A stretch of 63,958 nucleotides of DNA, filler included, from Candidatus Babelota bacterium (GTDB taxonomy: Bacteria; JAGOBX01): assembly GCA_017999075.1 (NCBI GenBank). It is 11 parts of 11 records of this genome, joined end to end, with 100 filler letters (N's around TTAATTAATTAA, not from the genome) between each part and the next. Parts side by side here need not be neighbours in the genome. Positions count along the whole stretch, not along the records: positions 26,952 to 29,851 come from JAGOBX010000530.1; positions 29,952 to 43,284 come from JAGOBX010000046.1; 9 more parts are not named here. One strand, written 5' to 3'. The notes below the pieces were generated by a model that searched no databases, was not told where the DNA came from, and saw only the letters and a list, made by a program, of their open reading frames with translations. A program made the translations under genes and the position numbers. Within the stretch, counting starts at the first letter, position 1. Every line of letters starts with the position of its first letter. Below are positions 27,891 through 37,506 of the stretch, piece after piece.

Positions 27891-28988
27891 TTAACTCCTT
27901 TTACTTTTTCTTCTTTTTGTTTTTTCACTCAATAACAAATACCCTCCAACACCCAAACCGGCAAGTAAAATGGGATTACTTGCAACACTTGAAAAAAGAC
28001 TGTATAAACCAGCACCGGCACCGACACCGACCGGCAATAAAGGATTTATACTTGTATCATTTTTTTTTTGTTCAGGTTCTGTTTGCTTTTCTTTTTTTTC
28101 TGTGTCCGTTTCTGTCTTTTCAGGTTCTGTTTTAGTTTCGGTTTCGGCTGCCTTTTTATTAGCATTTTCTACACCGTCTTTTATTTTCATTTCAAGATAT
28201 TGTCTTATTGTTGGGTCAAGCATATCATACGGTACAAATGTTTTTTCACCTGTTAATGATTTTACTGTCATTTTTGCAAGTTGAATATATTTGTATCCAT
28301 TAACCAAAATATTATCCAACACAGGTTTTATTATTTTAAAATTTACAGCTGTTACCGAAGGAATACTAAAACCTATAATTTGAGGCATAATTTTTTCAAG
28401 TTTTTGCATTAACTCTTTTTCAAGATTTTCATCAACACCAGCAATAGTTTGTTTTCCTGTTATGATGTTAATAATTTCATTTACAACAATTGAAATACGA
28501 TTCATATAAAATAAACCGGGATAAAAACGTGTTGCAATTCTTGTTGTTGCACTTCCTTGGTTATGTATTACACCAATACGTACGTAATTTTGTAATTCAA
28601 CCGGAAACATTGCAATACTTTTTTCATAATCAGGATTTAATTTATTTTTTGCATTTTCTAAAATTTTGCAATAATAATAAATACTGAAACAAAAAATATA
28701 TGCTTGTGATTCCGGATTTGTCATAAATAATTGTTTTGTTTTATTTATGTCTTTGAAGTATTTTTTATAGTTATTCAACAAACCATTTAAAGTACTTTCA
28801 AGATATTGAAACAAACCAATTTCACCATCATAACCGACAGCTTTAAAATCATAATTACTTTCTGTTTTTCCGATTGCCAAAGCAATTATATAAAGATTAA
28901 TATATTTGCTTATAAACGCATACATTGCCGGTTGATTTTTTTTGAATGTGTCAACACCAACAATAATTTTTCTTAAATTTTCGTTCAT
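27891..28988 (-). CDS. Lytic transglycosylase (SLT domain) with E/K/T linker and C-terminal membrane anchor
   Basis: AIGKTESNY (catalytic ES), GEIGLFQY, IHNQG; ETETKTEPEK linker; Gly-rich hydrophobic tail ending KTKRRKSKRS. Confidence 0.8.
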   Translation of the reverse strand: MNENLRKIIVGVDTFKKNQPAMYAFISKYINLYIIALAIGKTESNYDFKAVGYDGEIGLFQYLESTLNGLLNNYKKYFKDINKTKQLFMTNPESQAYIFCFSIYYYCKILENAKNKLNPDYEKSIAMFPVELQNYVRIGVIHNQGSATTRIATRFYPGLFYMNRISIVVNEIINIITGKQTIAGVDENLEKELMQKLEKIMPQIIGFSIPSVTAVNFKIIKPVLDNILVNGYKYIQLAKMTVKSLTGEKTFVPYDMLDPTIRQYLEMKIKDGVENANKKAAETETKTEPEKTETDTEKKEKQTEPEQKKNDTSINPLLPVGVGAGAGLYSLFSSVASNPILLAGLGVGGYLLLSEKTKRRKSKRS

Positions 28989-29677
28989 TATTTTCTCCTG
29001 ATTACAGTTGCAACACTCCCGGTTCTTTTCATTTTTTTTGGAATAGGAACTTCTTCAAATATTAATTTGCTTGTCATACCCGAACCTAATTGATTTAATT
29101 TTGTCAAATCAGTTGAAATAACATAATTGTCTTCAAATGTTACGTCCGAATAATTAGAACCTGAATAAAGACACATAATTTTATTGACAGCAACATCGAA
29201 TTTTAAATAAGCATTTGTTGAAGGACAAAAATATATTAAATTATCTGATTGTGCTGTTAAAGCAAAAGTCTTATCATGAAAAAAATTTTCAATTCCGTTC
29301 TGAGTAGGAAAATTTTCATTTACTTTTACAATAATATTGTTTACATATTCTGAATTTTTTAATAATACCAAACAATCAACAGTTTGTATAGTTTCTTCTG
29401 TTGTTAAGTCTCTAAGAACTGACATTGATAACATATTAAAAGGTTCGGTTAGTGTGAAGCCGTATTTTGCTACTACCGGGTCTGGAAAACCTCCATCAAG
29501 TCCCATAGTACCGTTTAAACCGTCTTGACCGATTGAAACATATAAACCATACGCAACATTTTTTAATTTTAAACTCCCGTCTAACTGTACCGCAGCACCC
29601 GAAAAAACTGAATTATATTCAGGCGGCAAAATTCCTGTTGATTGTATTCTTATTGCTTGTATTTTTGTTTTATCCAT
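28988..29677 (-). CDS. Hypothetical beta-rich protein (possible virion structural protein)
   Basis: 229-aa ORF translationally coupled to both neighbours; no family motif recognised. Confidence 0.6.
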   Translation of the reverse strand: MDKTKIQAIRIQSTGILPPEYNSVFSGAAVQLDGSLKLKNVAYGLYVSIGQDGLNGTMGLDGGFPDPVVAKYGFTLTEPFNMLSMSVLRDLTTEETIQTVDCLVLLKNSEYVNNIIVKVNENFPTQNGIENFFHDKTFALTAQSDNLIYFCPSTNAYLKFDVAVNKIMCLYSGSNYSDVTFEDNYVISTDLTKLNQLGSGMTSKLIFEEVPIPKKMKRTGSVATVIRRK

Positions 29678-29849
29678 TTATTTTATCCTTTATAAAGTTA
29701 AATGTTTTGATATTTGTTTGTTGTAATTGTCTTATATCTTTTGCATATTCAATATAGATAACAGCATTGTTTCCGGCTTCACCGTATAAAGATACATCAA
29801 TATCACTTATTTCATTTTCTTCAAAAGAGTCAATAATTAAATAATCAGC
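29670..29849 (-). CDS. 3' end of a hypothetical protein (cut by contig end)
   Basis: Open frame ADYLIIDSFEENEISDIDVSLYGEAGNNAVIYIEYAKD...KING* overlaps the next ATG. Confidence 0.55.
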   Translation of the reverse strand, partial: ADYLIIDSFEENEISDIDVSLYGEAGNNAVIYIEYAKDIRQLQQTNIKTFNFIKDKING

Positions 29850-29953
29850 ATNNNNNNNNNNNNNNNNNNNNNNNNNNNNNNNNNNNNNNNNNNNNTTAAT
29901 TAATTAANNNNNNNNNNNNNNNNNNNNNNNNNNNNNNNNNNNNNNNNNNNNAT

Positions 29954-32900
29954 TCAATAACAGGGGAATATATAGACAAAATAAATGTTTCAAATAAAAT
30001 CAATATTATTAATGGATTAGTACTTAAAGATAACAAGCTTTATATTTCGACATCAAGTCAATGGATGTATCTTGTAAAAGACGGAAATATAAAAATCCCG
30101 GTTGAGAATCAAACTTCCAGTTTTATACAGGGAACACTGGATAAATATTCAGATAACTTATACAAGACTGTTTGTGACAACAGAGAAAACGGCATAATTC
30201 AGAATTTATCCGACAATGGAATAATTGAAAATGAAATAACAGTTTTTTTTGAATCGAAAAATTTATTGACATTTGTTTTTTTATCAAAATCAATAGAAAA
30301 CACTTATTATATTGCGACAGAAGAAGATGCTGGAGAAAATAATGTTATTAGAAATATTAAAGTTTATTCACAGGAAGGCAATCAGTTGTTTTCGGTTAAT
30401 ATTCCTGCGGTATATTATTCATATCTTGAAAAGCCTTTTCAAATAGATGGAGCGGGAAATATCTATCATTTGGTAAGTAAACCTGAAGGAATTACACTTA
30501 TAAAACTTACGAGATTTAATGATACAAGGAGAATTTCCAGAACATATCTGAATTATCCTTCAGATTATATATCATCTCCAATTCATTATAATGATAACCT
30601 TTTAAAAGAACCGGAAGGATTCGATGCTGAAGGAATCGGTTTTTCAGATGTCAGTGAAGACAGAAGCATACAAAGACCAACAGCATCTGCATCAAATGTA
30701 ACGAGAAGCGAAGCTCTTGTAATAGCTGAAGCATACAGAGATTTGCAGTGGACTGCAATATCTTCAAATATTTCTGCAGGAGCTGTAGTTGTAGGCGATG
30801 GACATACAATTAGAACCCCGTCATGGATTACTGCAGGAGTTAAAACAGCAGTTCCATATAAATGGGGAGGGTTTACATCAATAGAAACTTATTTAAGTCA
30901 AGTAGCTGCAGGAAAATATGCAGGTTCGGATTATACAAGCGATGTATCGTGGAGTGATAATTACTGCGTTGGTGTGGATTGTTCCGGTTTTGTTTCAAGA
31001 TGCTGGCGCAGATCTTCTAAAGAAGGGACTTCAACTTTGCCGAATATTTCCGTTCAGTTATCAGGATTCGATGATATGAAAACAGGAGATATAGTAAATT
31101 ATGCAGGCAGCCATGTGAGATTGTTTAATAAGAAAGAAGAAAACGGTACATACAGTTTCATAGAAGCTATGGGAACATACTGGCGTGTGATGAGCAGAAA
31201 TTATACTGCCAGCGATTTATCTAATTATTTGCCCCGCCGTTACAACAATATTATTGAAATAGATTCGCCTGTTTTAATAGGAATATTTAATGATGCAGGT
31301 TCTGATGTAATTATAAAATGGAAAAAACCTGATTCGTCAAATATTCAAAATATAAAAATATACATTGGCACAGACGGAGAATCATATAATGTAGGTGCAT
31401 CAGTCTCTGCTTCAAGCGGTCAAACGACACTGACAGGTCTTACATCAGGAATTTTATATTATATAAATGCAACATATTCTGACAGTTCTGGAAGAGAGGG
31501 GCTGTATTCAAAAGATTATGCGATAATTCCAAACAGTTCTTCGGCAAAATCCGATGTTTTGATAATTGATGATGAGAAACGTTACGGCAGTCATAATATA
31601 GTTAAGTATTATGCTCCTTCATTATTGAATGCAGGATATTATTTTGATGTATGTTCAGCTGAAGCAATAACAGGAGATACTGTAAACCTTTCAGATTACT
31701 GGACAGCAGTATGGTTTACAGGCCGCGGTTCATCAACAGGAGGAGATACGTCGCTGAATGCTTCAGAACAATCGAAATTACAAACTTACCTTGAGGCAGG
31801 CGGAAACTTATTTATTTCTGGACAGGAAATAGGATATGATTTAGAAGCCAAAGGAATAGGAACGTCTTTTTTAAATAATTATTTAAAAGCAGATTACAAA
31901 TCTGACGATGCAGGGAACGACGTTGTTTTAACAGGAGTTACAGGAAGTTTGATGTCTGGAGTTACAGCTGAATTAGATGAGGATAACGGATTGGTAAATG
32001 ACGGAGGCGCATATGATGCGAGGTATCCTGATGTAATATATTCATACGGAACAGGAGATACAATATGCCAGTATTCTGCCGGCAATGGCGGCGGAGTTTC
32101 GTTTAAAGGTATATTCCCTCCTGGAAGTGAAGAAGGGTCTGTTATATATTTATCATTTCCTTTTGAAACCATAAAAACTTCAAGTTCGAGAAATACTGTT
32201 ATGTCGAAAATAATGGGTTTTTTTGGGGTTCCTGAAACAGATACCTCCCCACAAATTTCAATAGGTGATAATTATACAGGCGTACCGAATAATTCTTTTC
32301 AAATTTTGTTGACAGCAGGAGATGATAAAGATACTTCTGCGGGACTAACGTGGTCATTATCAGGTGCGTCTGTTATTTTATTTGATACAATATATACTGT
32401 AGAATCTTCAAATGATTATATTCAGGTTAATCCTGGCGGCGCTGCAGGAACTGATACGTTTTTTGTTCAAGTAACTGATTCTGACGGAATGACTGACAGT
32501 AAAGAAATTTCTATAACATTGCAATTAATTGCAATACCGGACACGCCTGTAATTTATTATGTGAAGAATAATTCAGTTGATACATCAGTAGATATATGCT
32601 GGCAGAATGATCCTAAAGCGTATAAATATGTTATTTACAGTTGTACGGATAATTTTAATTATCTGCCAAGATATACTGTATATTCTCCTGAAACTACTTT
32701 GAATATAGAGGATATATCAGATAATACAAAATATTATTTTAAAATAAAATCATATAATAGCGTTGATACTCCAAGTGAAGCTTTTTCAATGATACTTGGA
32801 TTAAAAACAACATCTGGGTCGCCGGATATAGTTTTAGTTGAAGATGATTTCAGCGTATTTCCGCATGATTATATATCTAAATTTGTTGGAGCAATTTCAG

Positions 32901-35179
32901 ATGGAGCCAACAAACCTTTTGACTGCGTTTTATCTACAGGTGTTACAGACGGAAGTGTGAATTTGAATGATTATAGGACAGTTATATGGTCGTGCGGAAA
33001 TGATTCTAATATTTACGGGACTTCTCTGTCAAGTCTTGAAATCGATAAAATAAAAGATTTTCTTGATAACGGAGGAAATCTGTTTATATCAGGAAATGAT
33101 ATAGGTTCGGATTTATCTGTGCTTGATAATGAATTTTATGAAAAATATTTGAAATCAAGTTTTGGTTTTACTGATTCATTCCGGTCAGATTTGACTTGTT
33201 TGTCAACCGGAATATTAAGCGGTATATCGGATTTTGTAATTTATACAGATGACGGTTCTGCGGCCGGCTCTGCAGCATATATGGCAAAATCCCCTGACAG
33301 AACTAACATAAGTTCCGCTGATTCTGTAAATGGTGGAAAAGTTACTTTAAGATATCCTTCGACAGGCTGGGCCGCAGGAATAGATTTTACCGGGGGGTTT
33401 GGAATACAGGGAGATGACGATTATCCGTATCTTGAAACATCCAAAAAATTGAGCAAACTTGTAATGTTCACTTTTGCTTTTGAATGTATAAATGACATAA
33501 CTGTTAGGCGTAATATTATGTCAAAACTAATAAATTATTTTGATAGTTCGTCGGTGGCTGGACGGATTGATGTTGAAAATGATGATAATGATTCGGGAGT
33601 TACAGTATATCTTGTAAGTATTTCAAGCAATGATACTGTAACAACATATACAGATGAAAAAGGCAGATTTAGATTTGATTATCTTGAATCGGATTCGTAT
33701 TATGTGACTTTGAAAAAATCAGGATACAGTGATTTTTCTACTGTTTCATTCAATTTATCAAGTAAAACTGATACTTTAATAATTGCTTCAATGTCTGACA
33801 ATGCAGTTGATTCTATTCCTGATGAATCAGATACAATTTTTAGATATATTGCAGATACAGTGACTTCCGCAACAAGATTTGAACTTAATACAAATAATGT
33901 AGATACTTTAATTTTGGAAATACCAGATGAATATGCCAATAAATGGATTTTAACTATTGATTTACCATCGTCAAACTGTACTGTAGTTGTTTCTGGAATA
34001 CCACAAAATTTATTGAATACAACAGACACTTCGTTAATTGGAAAATATGAATATGGAATTAATCGCGGAATGCAAATTGAAGTTTATAATTCTGCCGGGA
34101 CTGATATTTCAGAATTGCTGTCTGATAGTCCGGTTATAGAATTTAATTATTCTAATATCAATATATCTACAGCAGAACATAATTTGAGATTTTACTGGCT
34201 GGATACTTCAGATTCAAAATGGTACGAAGCTGCAAGCCAGTCTAATAGTCCGGGATTTGGTAAAAATTATTTAATATACCCTGATTCTAATTATATACAA
34301 CTCGAAGTTAAACATTTGTCCCACTGGTGGCTTGGAAACTTAATAGATACTCTTACAGTCATAAAAAATACAGATTCTTCAATTGAGACTGCTACTGCAA
34401 ATGCAGTTAATGTTTCTGTGCTGTCTTTTTATGTTATAGGCGATACATTTACTAATAATAGTGATTCGTTAGTTTCTATATGTTTAGGAAATAAAGGAAA
34501 TATAGATTCTTCTCATATAAACAATATAAAATTATGGTTTGATAGCGATAGCAATTTTATATATAATTCAGGAGATGTGTTTGTTTCTTATTTATACTGG
34601 GATAATGGAACAAATTTATGGAAAAATGATTCTTTAAACTATTATTTGGCATCAGGTGCAAATTTTGTGCTTACGATTGATATTGCAGATACTGCAGTTG
34701 ATGGAGAAACTTTTCAGGCATATATACCTTTATATGGAATAGATTCTTTTGATGAAAATCCTGCTCCTGAAACCCAGCAAATAATTAATAATACAGTTTT
34801 GACAATAACTGTTCCTTTAATATCAGTAAATATAACTGTTTTATTAAATGATACCGGAACAGGATACAATGGTAATTTTGCTGATTTTATTCCAGGCAGT
34901 AAACTTGCATACACAATAGAATTTTCGAACTTAAAAGGTGCGCTTGCTGATACTGTTTATATAAGGCATTATATTACTGATATAATTGAATACATATCAG
35001 GAAGTATAGAGCTGGACACTGATATATCTGATGGTTCTGGTTATACTGTATGTACTGACAGTTCTGATTTGGATCAGGCTGACTATAATGTAAGTCAGCC
35101 TGGAGTTATTACTGCATTTATAAGGCAGATGAATCCGTATCAAACAGGAAGATTGAGATTTAAAGTTTATATTCCATAA
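29954..35179 (+). CDS. Giant secreted multidomain protein (5'-partial): NlpC/P60-type peptidase, FN3, two GATase-like alpha/beta domains, carboxypeptidase-regulatory-like, HLS module, DUF11-like C-terminus
   Basis: PYKWGGF...GVDCSGFVSRCW...GDIVNYAGSHVRLF; duplicated V.W..G...(Y/F)L..GGNLFISG.(E/D)IG.DL; frame open back to the contig start. Confidence 0.82.
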   Translation, partial: SITGEYIDKINVSNKINIINGLVLKDNKLYISTSSQWMYLVKDGNIKIPVENQTSSFIQGTLDKYSDNLYKTVCDNRENGIIQNLSDNGIIENEITVFFESKNLLTFVFLSKSIENTYYIATEEDAGENNVIRNIKVYSQEGNQLFSVNIPAVYYSYLEKPFQIDGAGNIYHLVSKPEGITLIKLTRFNDTRRISRTYLNYPSDYISSPIHYNDNLLKEPEGFDAEGIGFSDVSEDRSIQRPTASASNVTRSEALVIAEAYRDLQWTAISSNISAGAVVVGDGHTIRTPSWITAGVKTAVPYKWGGFTSIETYLSQVAAGKYAGSDYTSDVSWSDNYCVGVDCSGFVSRCWRRSSKEGTSTLPNISVQLSGFDDMKTGDIVNYAGSHVRLFNKKEENGTYSFIEAMGTYWRVMSRNYTASDLSNYLPRRYNNIIEIDSPVLIGIFNDAGSDVIIKWKKPDSSNIQNIKIYIGTDGESYNVGASVSASSGQTTLTGLTSGILYYINATYSDSSGREGLYSKDYAIIPNSSSAKSDVLIIDDEKRYGSHNIVKYYAPSLLNAGYYFDVCSAEAITGDTVNLSDYWTAVWFTGRGSSTGGDTSLNASEQSKLQTYLEAGGNLFISGQEIGYDLEAKGIGTSFLNNYLKADYKSDDAGNDVVLTGVTGSLMSGVTAELDEDNGLVNDGGAYDARYPDVIYSYGTGDTICQYSAGNGGGVSFKGIFPPGSEEGSVIYLSFPFETIKTSSSRNTVMSKIMGFFGVPETDTSPQISIGDNYTGVPNNSFQILLTAGDDKDTSAGLTWSLSGASVILFDTIYTVESSNDYIQVNPGGAAGTDTFFVQVTDSDGMTDSKEISITLQLIAIPDTPVIYYVKNNSVDTSVDICWQNDPKAYKYVIYSCTDNFNYLPRYTVYSPETTLNIEDISDNTKYYFKIKSYNSVDTPSEAFSMILGLKTTSGSPDIVLVEDDFSVFPHDYISKFVGAISDGANKPFDCVLSTGVTDGSVNLNDYRTVIWSCGNDSNIYGTSLSSLEIDKIKDFLDNGGNLFISGNDIGSDLSVLDNEFYEKYLKSSFGFTDSFRSDLTCLSTGILSGISDFVIYTDDGSAAGSAAYMAKSPDRTNISSADSVNGGKVTLRYPSTGWAAGIDFTGGFGIQGDDDYPYLETSKKLSKLVMFTFAFECINDITVRRNIMSKLINYFDSSSVAGRIDVENDDNDSGVTVYLVSISSNDTVTTYTDEKGRFRFDYLESDSYYVTLKKSGYSDFSTVSFNLSSKTDTLIIASMSDNAVDSIPDESDTIFRYIADTVTSATRFELNTNNVDTLILEIPDEYANKWILTIDLPSSNCTVVVSGIPQNLLNTTDTSLIGKYEYGINRGMQIEVYNSAGTDISELLSDSPVIEFNYSNINISTAEHNLRFYWLDTSDSKWYEAASQSNSPGFGKNYLIYPDSNYIQLEVKHLSHWWLGNLIDTLTVIKNTDSSIETATANAVNVSVLSFYVIGDTFTNNSDSLVSICLGNKGNIDSSHINNIKLWFDSDSNFIYNSGDVFVSYLYWDNGTNLWKNDSLNYYLASGANFVLTIDIADTAVDGETFQAYIPLYGIDSFDENPAPETQQIINNTVLTITVPLISVNITVLLNDTGTGYNGNFADFIPGSKLAYTIEFSNLKGALADTVYIRHYITDIIEYISGSIELDTDISDGSGYTVCTDSSDLDQADYNVSQPGVITAFIRQMNPYQTGRLRFKVYIP

Positions 35180-35204
35180 AATTTTAAATGTTTGAAAATG
35201 TATT

Positions 35205-36269
35205 ATGAAAATTAATATTTTTGTTTTATTGATGTTTTTTTTCAATATCAGTAATTTGATTGGGGAACAGCTGTTAATTGAATCATCAATTTCTTTAAAT
35301 ACTGCTGTTATTGAAATTCAGACAGATACGGAATGTTATTCTAGATTGATGTTTGGAGAAAAAGAAAATAAATTATCTAATATTTTATTGCAAACAGATA
35401 TGACTAAAAAACACAGATATGAAATTTCTAATTTATCTGAAGGTACTAAATATTTTTATAAAATAGAATACTATACAGATGTTTTTAAGCAATCTTCAGG
35501 AATAGGAAATTTTGTTACTTTAGGAATTCCATCGCCATTTATAAATGAAATGAAAGTTATTTCGGATATAAGAAAAATTAAATTCTTAGTAAAAACCAAT
35601 ATCCCGATAAAATATGAAATTGAGATAAATAATATAAAACTAATTGATAGCGAATATAAAACTGAAATTGATTTTGATATAGATAATTTGAAACCTGGAA
35701 CGGAATATTTATATTCATTGAGAATATATAATGAAAAAAATGTGGAGCATACTGAAACCGGAAAAGTTAGAACCAGGGATAATAATATGGCATTATATAA
35801 AAAAACCGAAGGAACATTTAATATAAATCCTGAAGAAAAGTTTATAAAAAATGAACCTCCTATTATTGATCGCATAACAGACGGAAAATTGAATTATTTT
35901 ACAGGGCTTGCAACTTCAGGAAATATTAAAACAGATAATCAGAGTATTATAATAGATCTTGAGCAGGACACTGAAATAGAAAAAATAAAAGTTTACTGGA
36001 GAGGACTTGCATACAGCAAAAATTATTTAATTATGTTGAGTAAGGATAAAAAAAAGTGGGAATTGGCTGAAAAAAATATTGATGCGTTAAAAGGAATTCA
36101 AATGCTTTCTGAATCCGGAGATCCTGTGTTTATGAATGAAATATCAATTAACAAATCTGGACGTTATGTCAGACTATGGATCCCGCAGAACAGTGATTTT
36201 TATTGTAAACACAATCATTGGAATTATGTTCAGATTTTTGAAATTGAAATTATAAATAATAAATTTTGA
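35205..36269 (+). CDS. Secreted protein with 2x FN3 and an F5/8 type C (discoidin) domain
   Basis: HRYEISNLSEGTKYFYKI, NLKPGTEYLY; NMALYK...ITDG...IIIDLEQDTEIEKIKVYW...GRYVRL...IFEIEI. Confidence 0.8.
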   Translation: MKINIFVLLMFFFNISNLIGEQLLIESSISLNTAVIEIQTDTECYSRLMFGEKENKLSNILLQTDMTKKHRYEISNLSEGTKYFYKIEYYTDVFKQSSGIGNFVTLGIPSPFINEMKVISDIRKIKFLVKTNIPIKYEIEINNIKLIDSEYKTEIDFDIDNLKPGTEYLYSLRIYNEKNVEHTETGKVRTRDNNMALYKKTEGTFNINPEEKFIKNEPPIIDRITDGKLNYFTGLATSGNIKTDNQSIIIDLEQDTEIEKIKVYWRGLAYSKNYLIMLSKDKKKWELAEKNIDALKGIQMLSESGDPVFMNEISINKSGRYVRLWIPQNSDFYCKHNHWNYVQIFEIEIINNKF

Positions 36270-36334
36270 AAAATCCGGAGGTGTAAAAAAATATTAAATT
36301 AAAAATGTTAAAAAATTTTTCAGGAGGTTTTAAA

Positions 36335-37438
36335 ATGGGAAATAAAATGAAATTAGTTTGGACAGTATTGTTTCTGATTACGGTGTTCGTATTTAATGCA
36401 AGAGGAGTTTTTGCAAATGGAACTGCCTCAGGTGTGAGTATTCAGACAGGTTGGGACAGCGGTGTTTCTAATGTTGCAGATACATACGGAGATTTAGTTG
36501 TGAGTTATAGAACTGCAAGCGGCGGAGCTGATATTTTTGCGACTCCGGCATCGTTTGTTTCATCTACGGTATCAAGTGTGTATGGAAATACTTTACCTGT
36601 TTCTTATACGCCGCAAACAGTAATGCCTGGAGATACAGTATGGTTTTTGCTTACTGTAACAAATAAAGGAAATTCTTCAGATACTATAACTTTTTCCACA
36701 CAGAACTTTAATTATTACGGAATGGGGGCAGATTCTATTATAGTAACATATTGGAATTCGGCTAAAACAGCTCAAGTTACTAATACATCGTTGCTTGCAG
36801 AAGATGCCAGTGAACAATTTAATGTGGCAGTATATTTTTTAAATGGATTAGACCATGAAGATTCAATGACTTTTGAAGTTAAAACAATTTCAAAAGGAGG
36901 ATTGGGAGGAGATACTGAAGGTTATGTAGGGGCAAATTTATTAAGTTATGCGGGAAATGGTGATGACACAATTTTATTGTCTGCTACAGTTTATTCTTTG
37001 GTGGCTCAGATTTATGTTTCGAAATCCGTTACTCTTGATAATACAGGATTGACTGATTATGACGGAGATACTTCGCTGGTTGTTCCAGGATCAGTTTTGG
37101 TTTTTGATATAACATATGACAATGATGGAACAGGAGAAGGAGATACTGTAACTATAGTAACATATATACCCGCTAATACGGATATTGATACTGCTACAGC
37201 AGCAATGTGTTCGCCAGATACTAATAATAATGCAAGCTCTATCACAATACAATTTTCAAACGATGGAAGTTCATGGCATTCTACAGCGCTTTCTACTGAT
37301 AACAGAATAAAATGGATTTTGGGGAATGCGGTTTCAACTCAGGATAATGATGAAGGAACTGATACTCAAGGCGCGGTTGACGGAACTGTTCAGGATGCAG
37401 ACAGCGGTAGATTGCAATATAAAGTTATAGTACGATAA
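36335..37438 (+). CDS. Secreted Ig-fold protein with DUF11-like C-terminus (candidate major filament subunit)
   Basis: Strong CAGGAGG SD; signal peptide ending VFA|NGTASG; VSKSV...VPGSVLVFDITYDNDG...YIPANT...GRLQYKVIVR. Confidence 0.75.
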   Translation: MGNKMKLVWTVLFLITVFVFNARGVFANGTASGVSIQTGWDSGVSNVADTYGDLVVSYRTASGGADIFATPASFVSSTVSSVYGNTLPVSYTPQTVMPGDTVWFLLTVTNKGNSSDTITFSTQNFNYYGMGADSIIVTYWNSAKTAQVTNTSLLAEDASEQFNVAVYFLNGLDHEDSMTFEVKTISKGGLGGDTEGYVGANLLSYAGNGDDTILLSATVYSLVAQIYVSKSVTLDNTGLTDYDGDTSLVVPGSVLVFDITYDNDGTGEGDTVTIVTYIPANTDIDTATAAMCSPDTNNNASSITIQFSNDGSSWHSTALSTDNRIKWILGNAVSTQDNDEGTDTQGAVDGTVQDADSGRLQYKVIVR

Positions 37439-37457
37439 ATTCTGTATTTTAAAATAA

Positions 37458-37481
37458 ATCAGAATTTAAAAAAATTCTGAT
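37458..37481. terminator. Perfect 10-bp inverted repeat after the 377-aa gene (terminator or mRNA-stabilising hairpin)
   Basis: ATCAGAATTT-AAAA-AAATTCTGAT. Confidence 0.5.
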
Positions 37482-37506
37482 ATAGGGAAATTTTATAATT
37501 TTATAT

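Larger units (their letters stand above)
26952..29851 (-). mobile_element. Fragment of a small phage/virus-like element
   Basis: Compact, co-oriented, overlapping ORFs: transglycosylase, small membrane proteins and an RHH regulator; no housekeeping genes. Confidence 0.6.
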
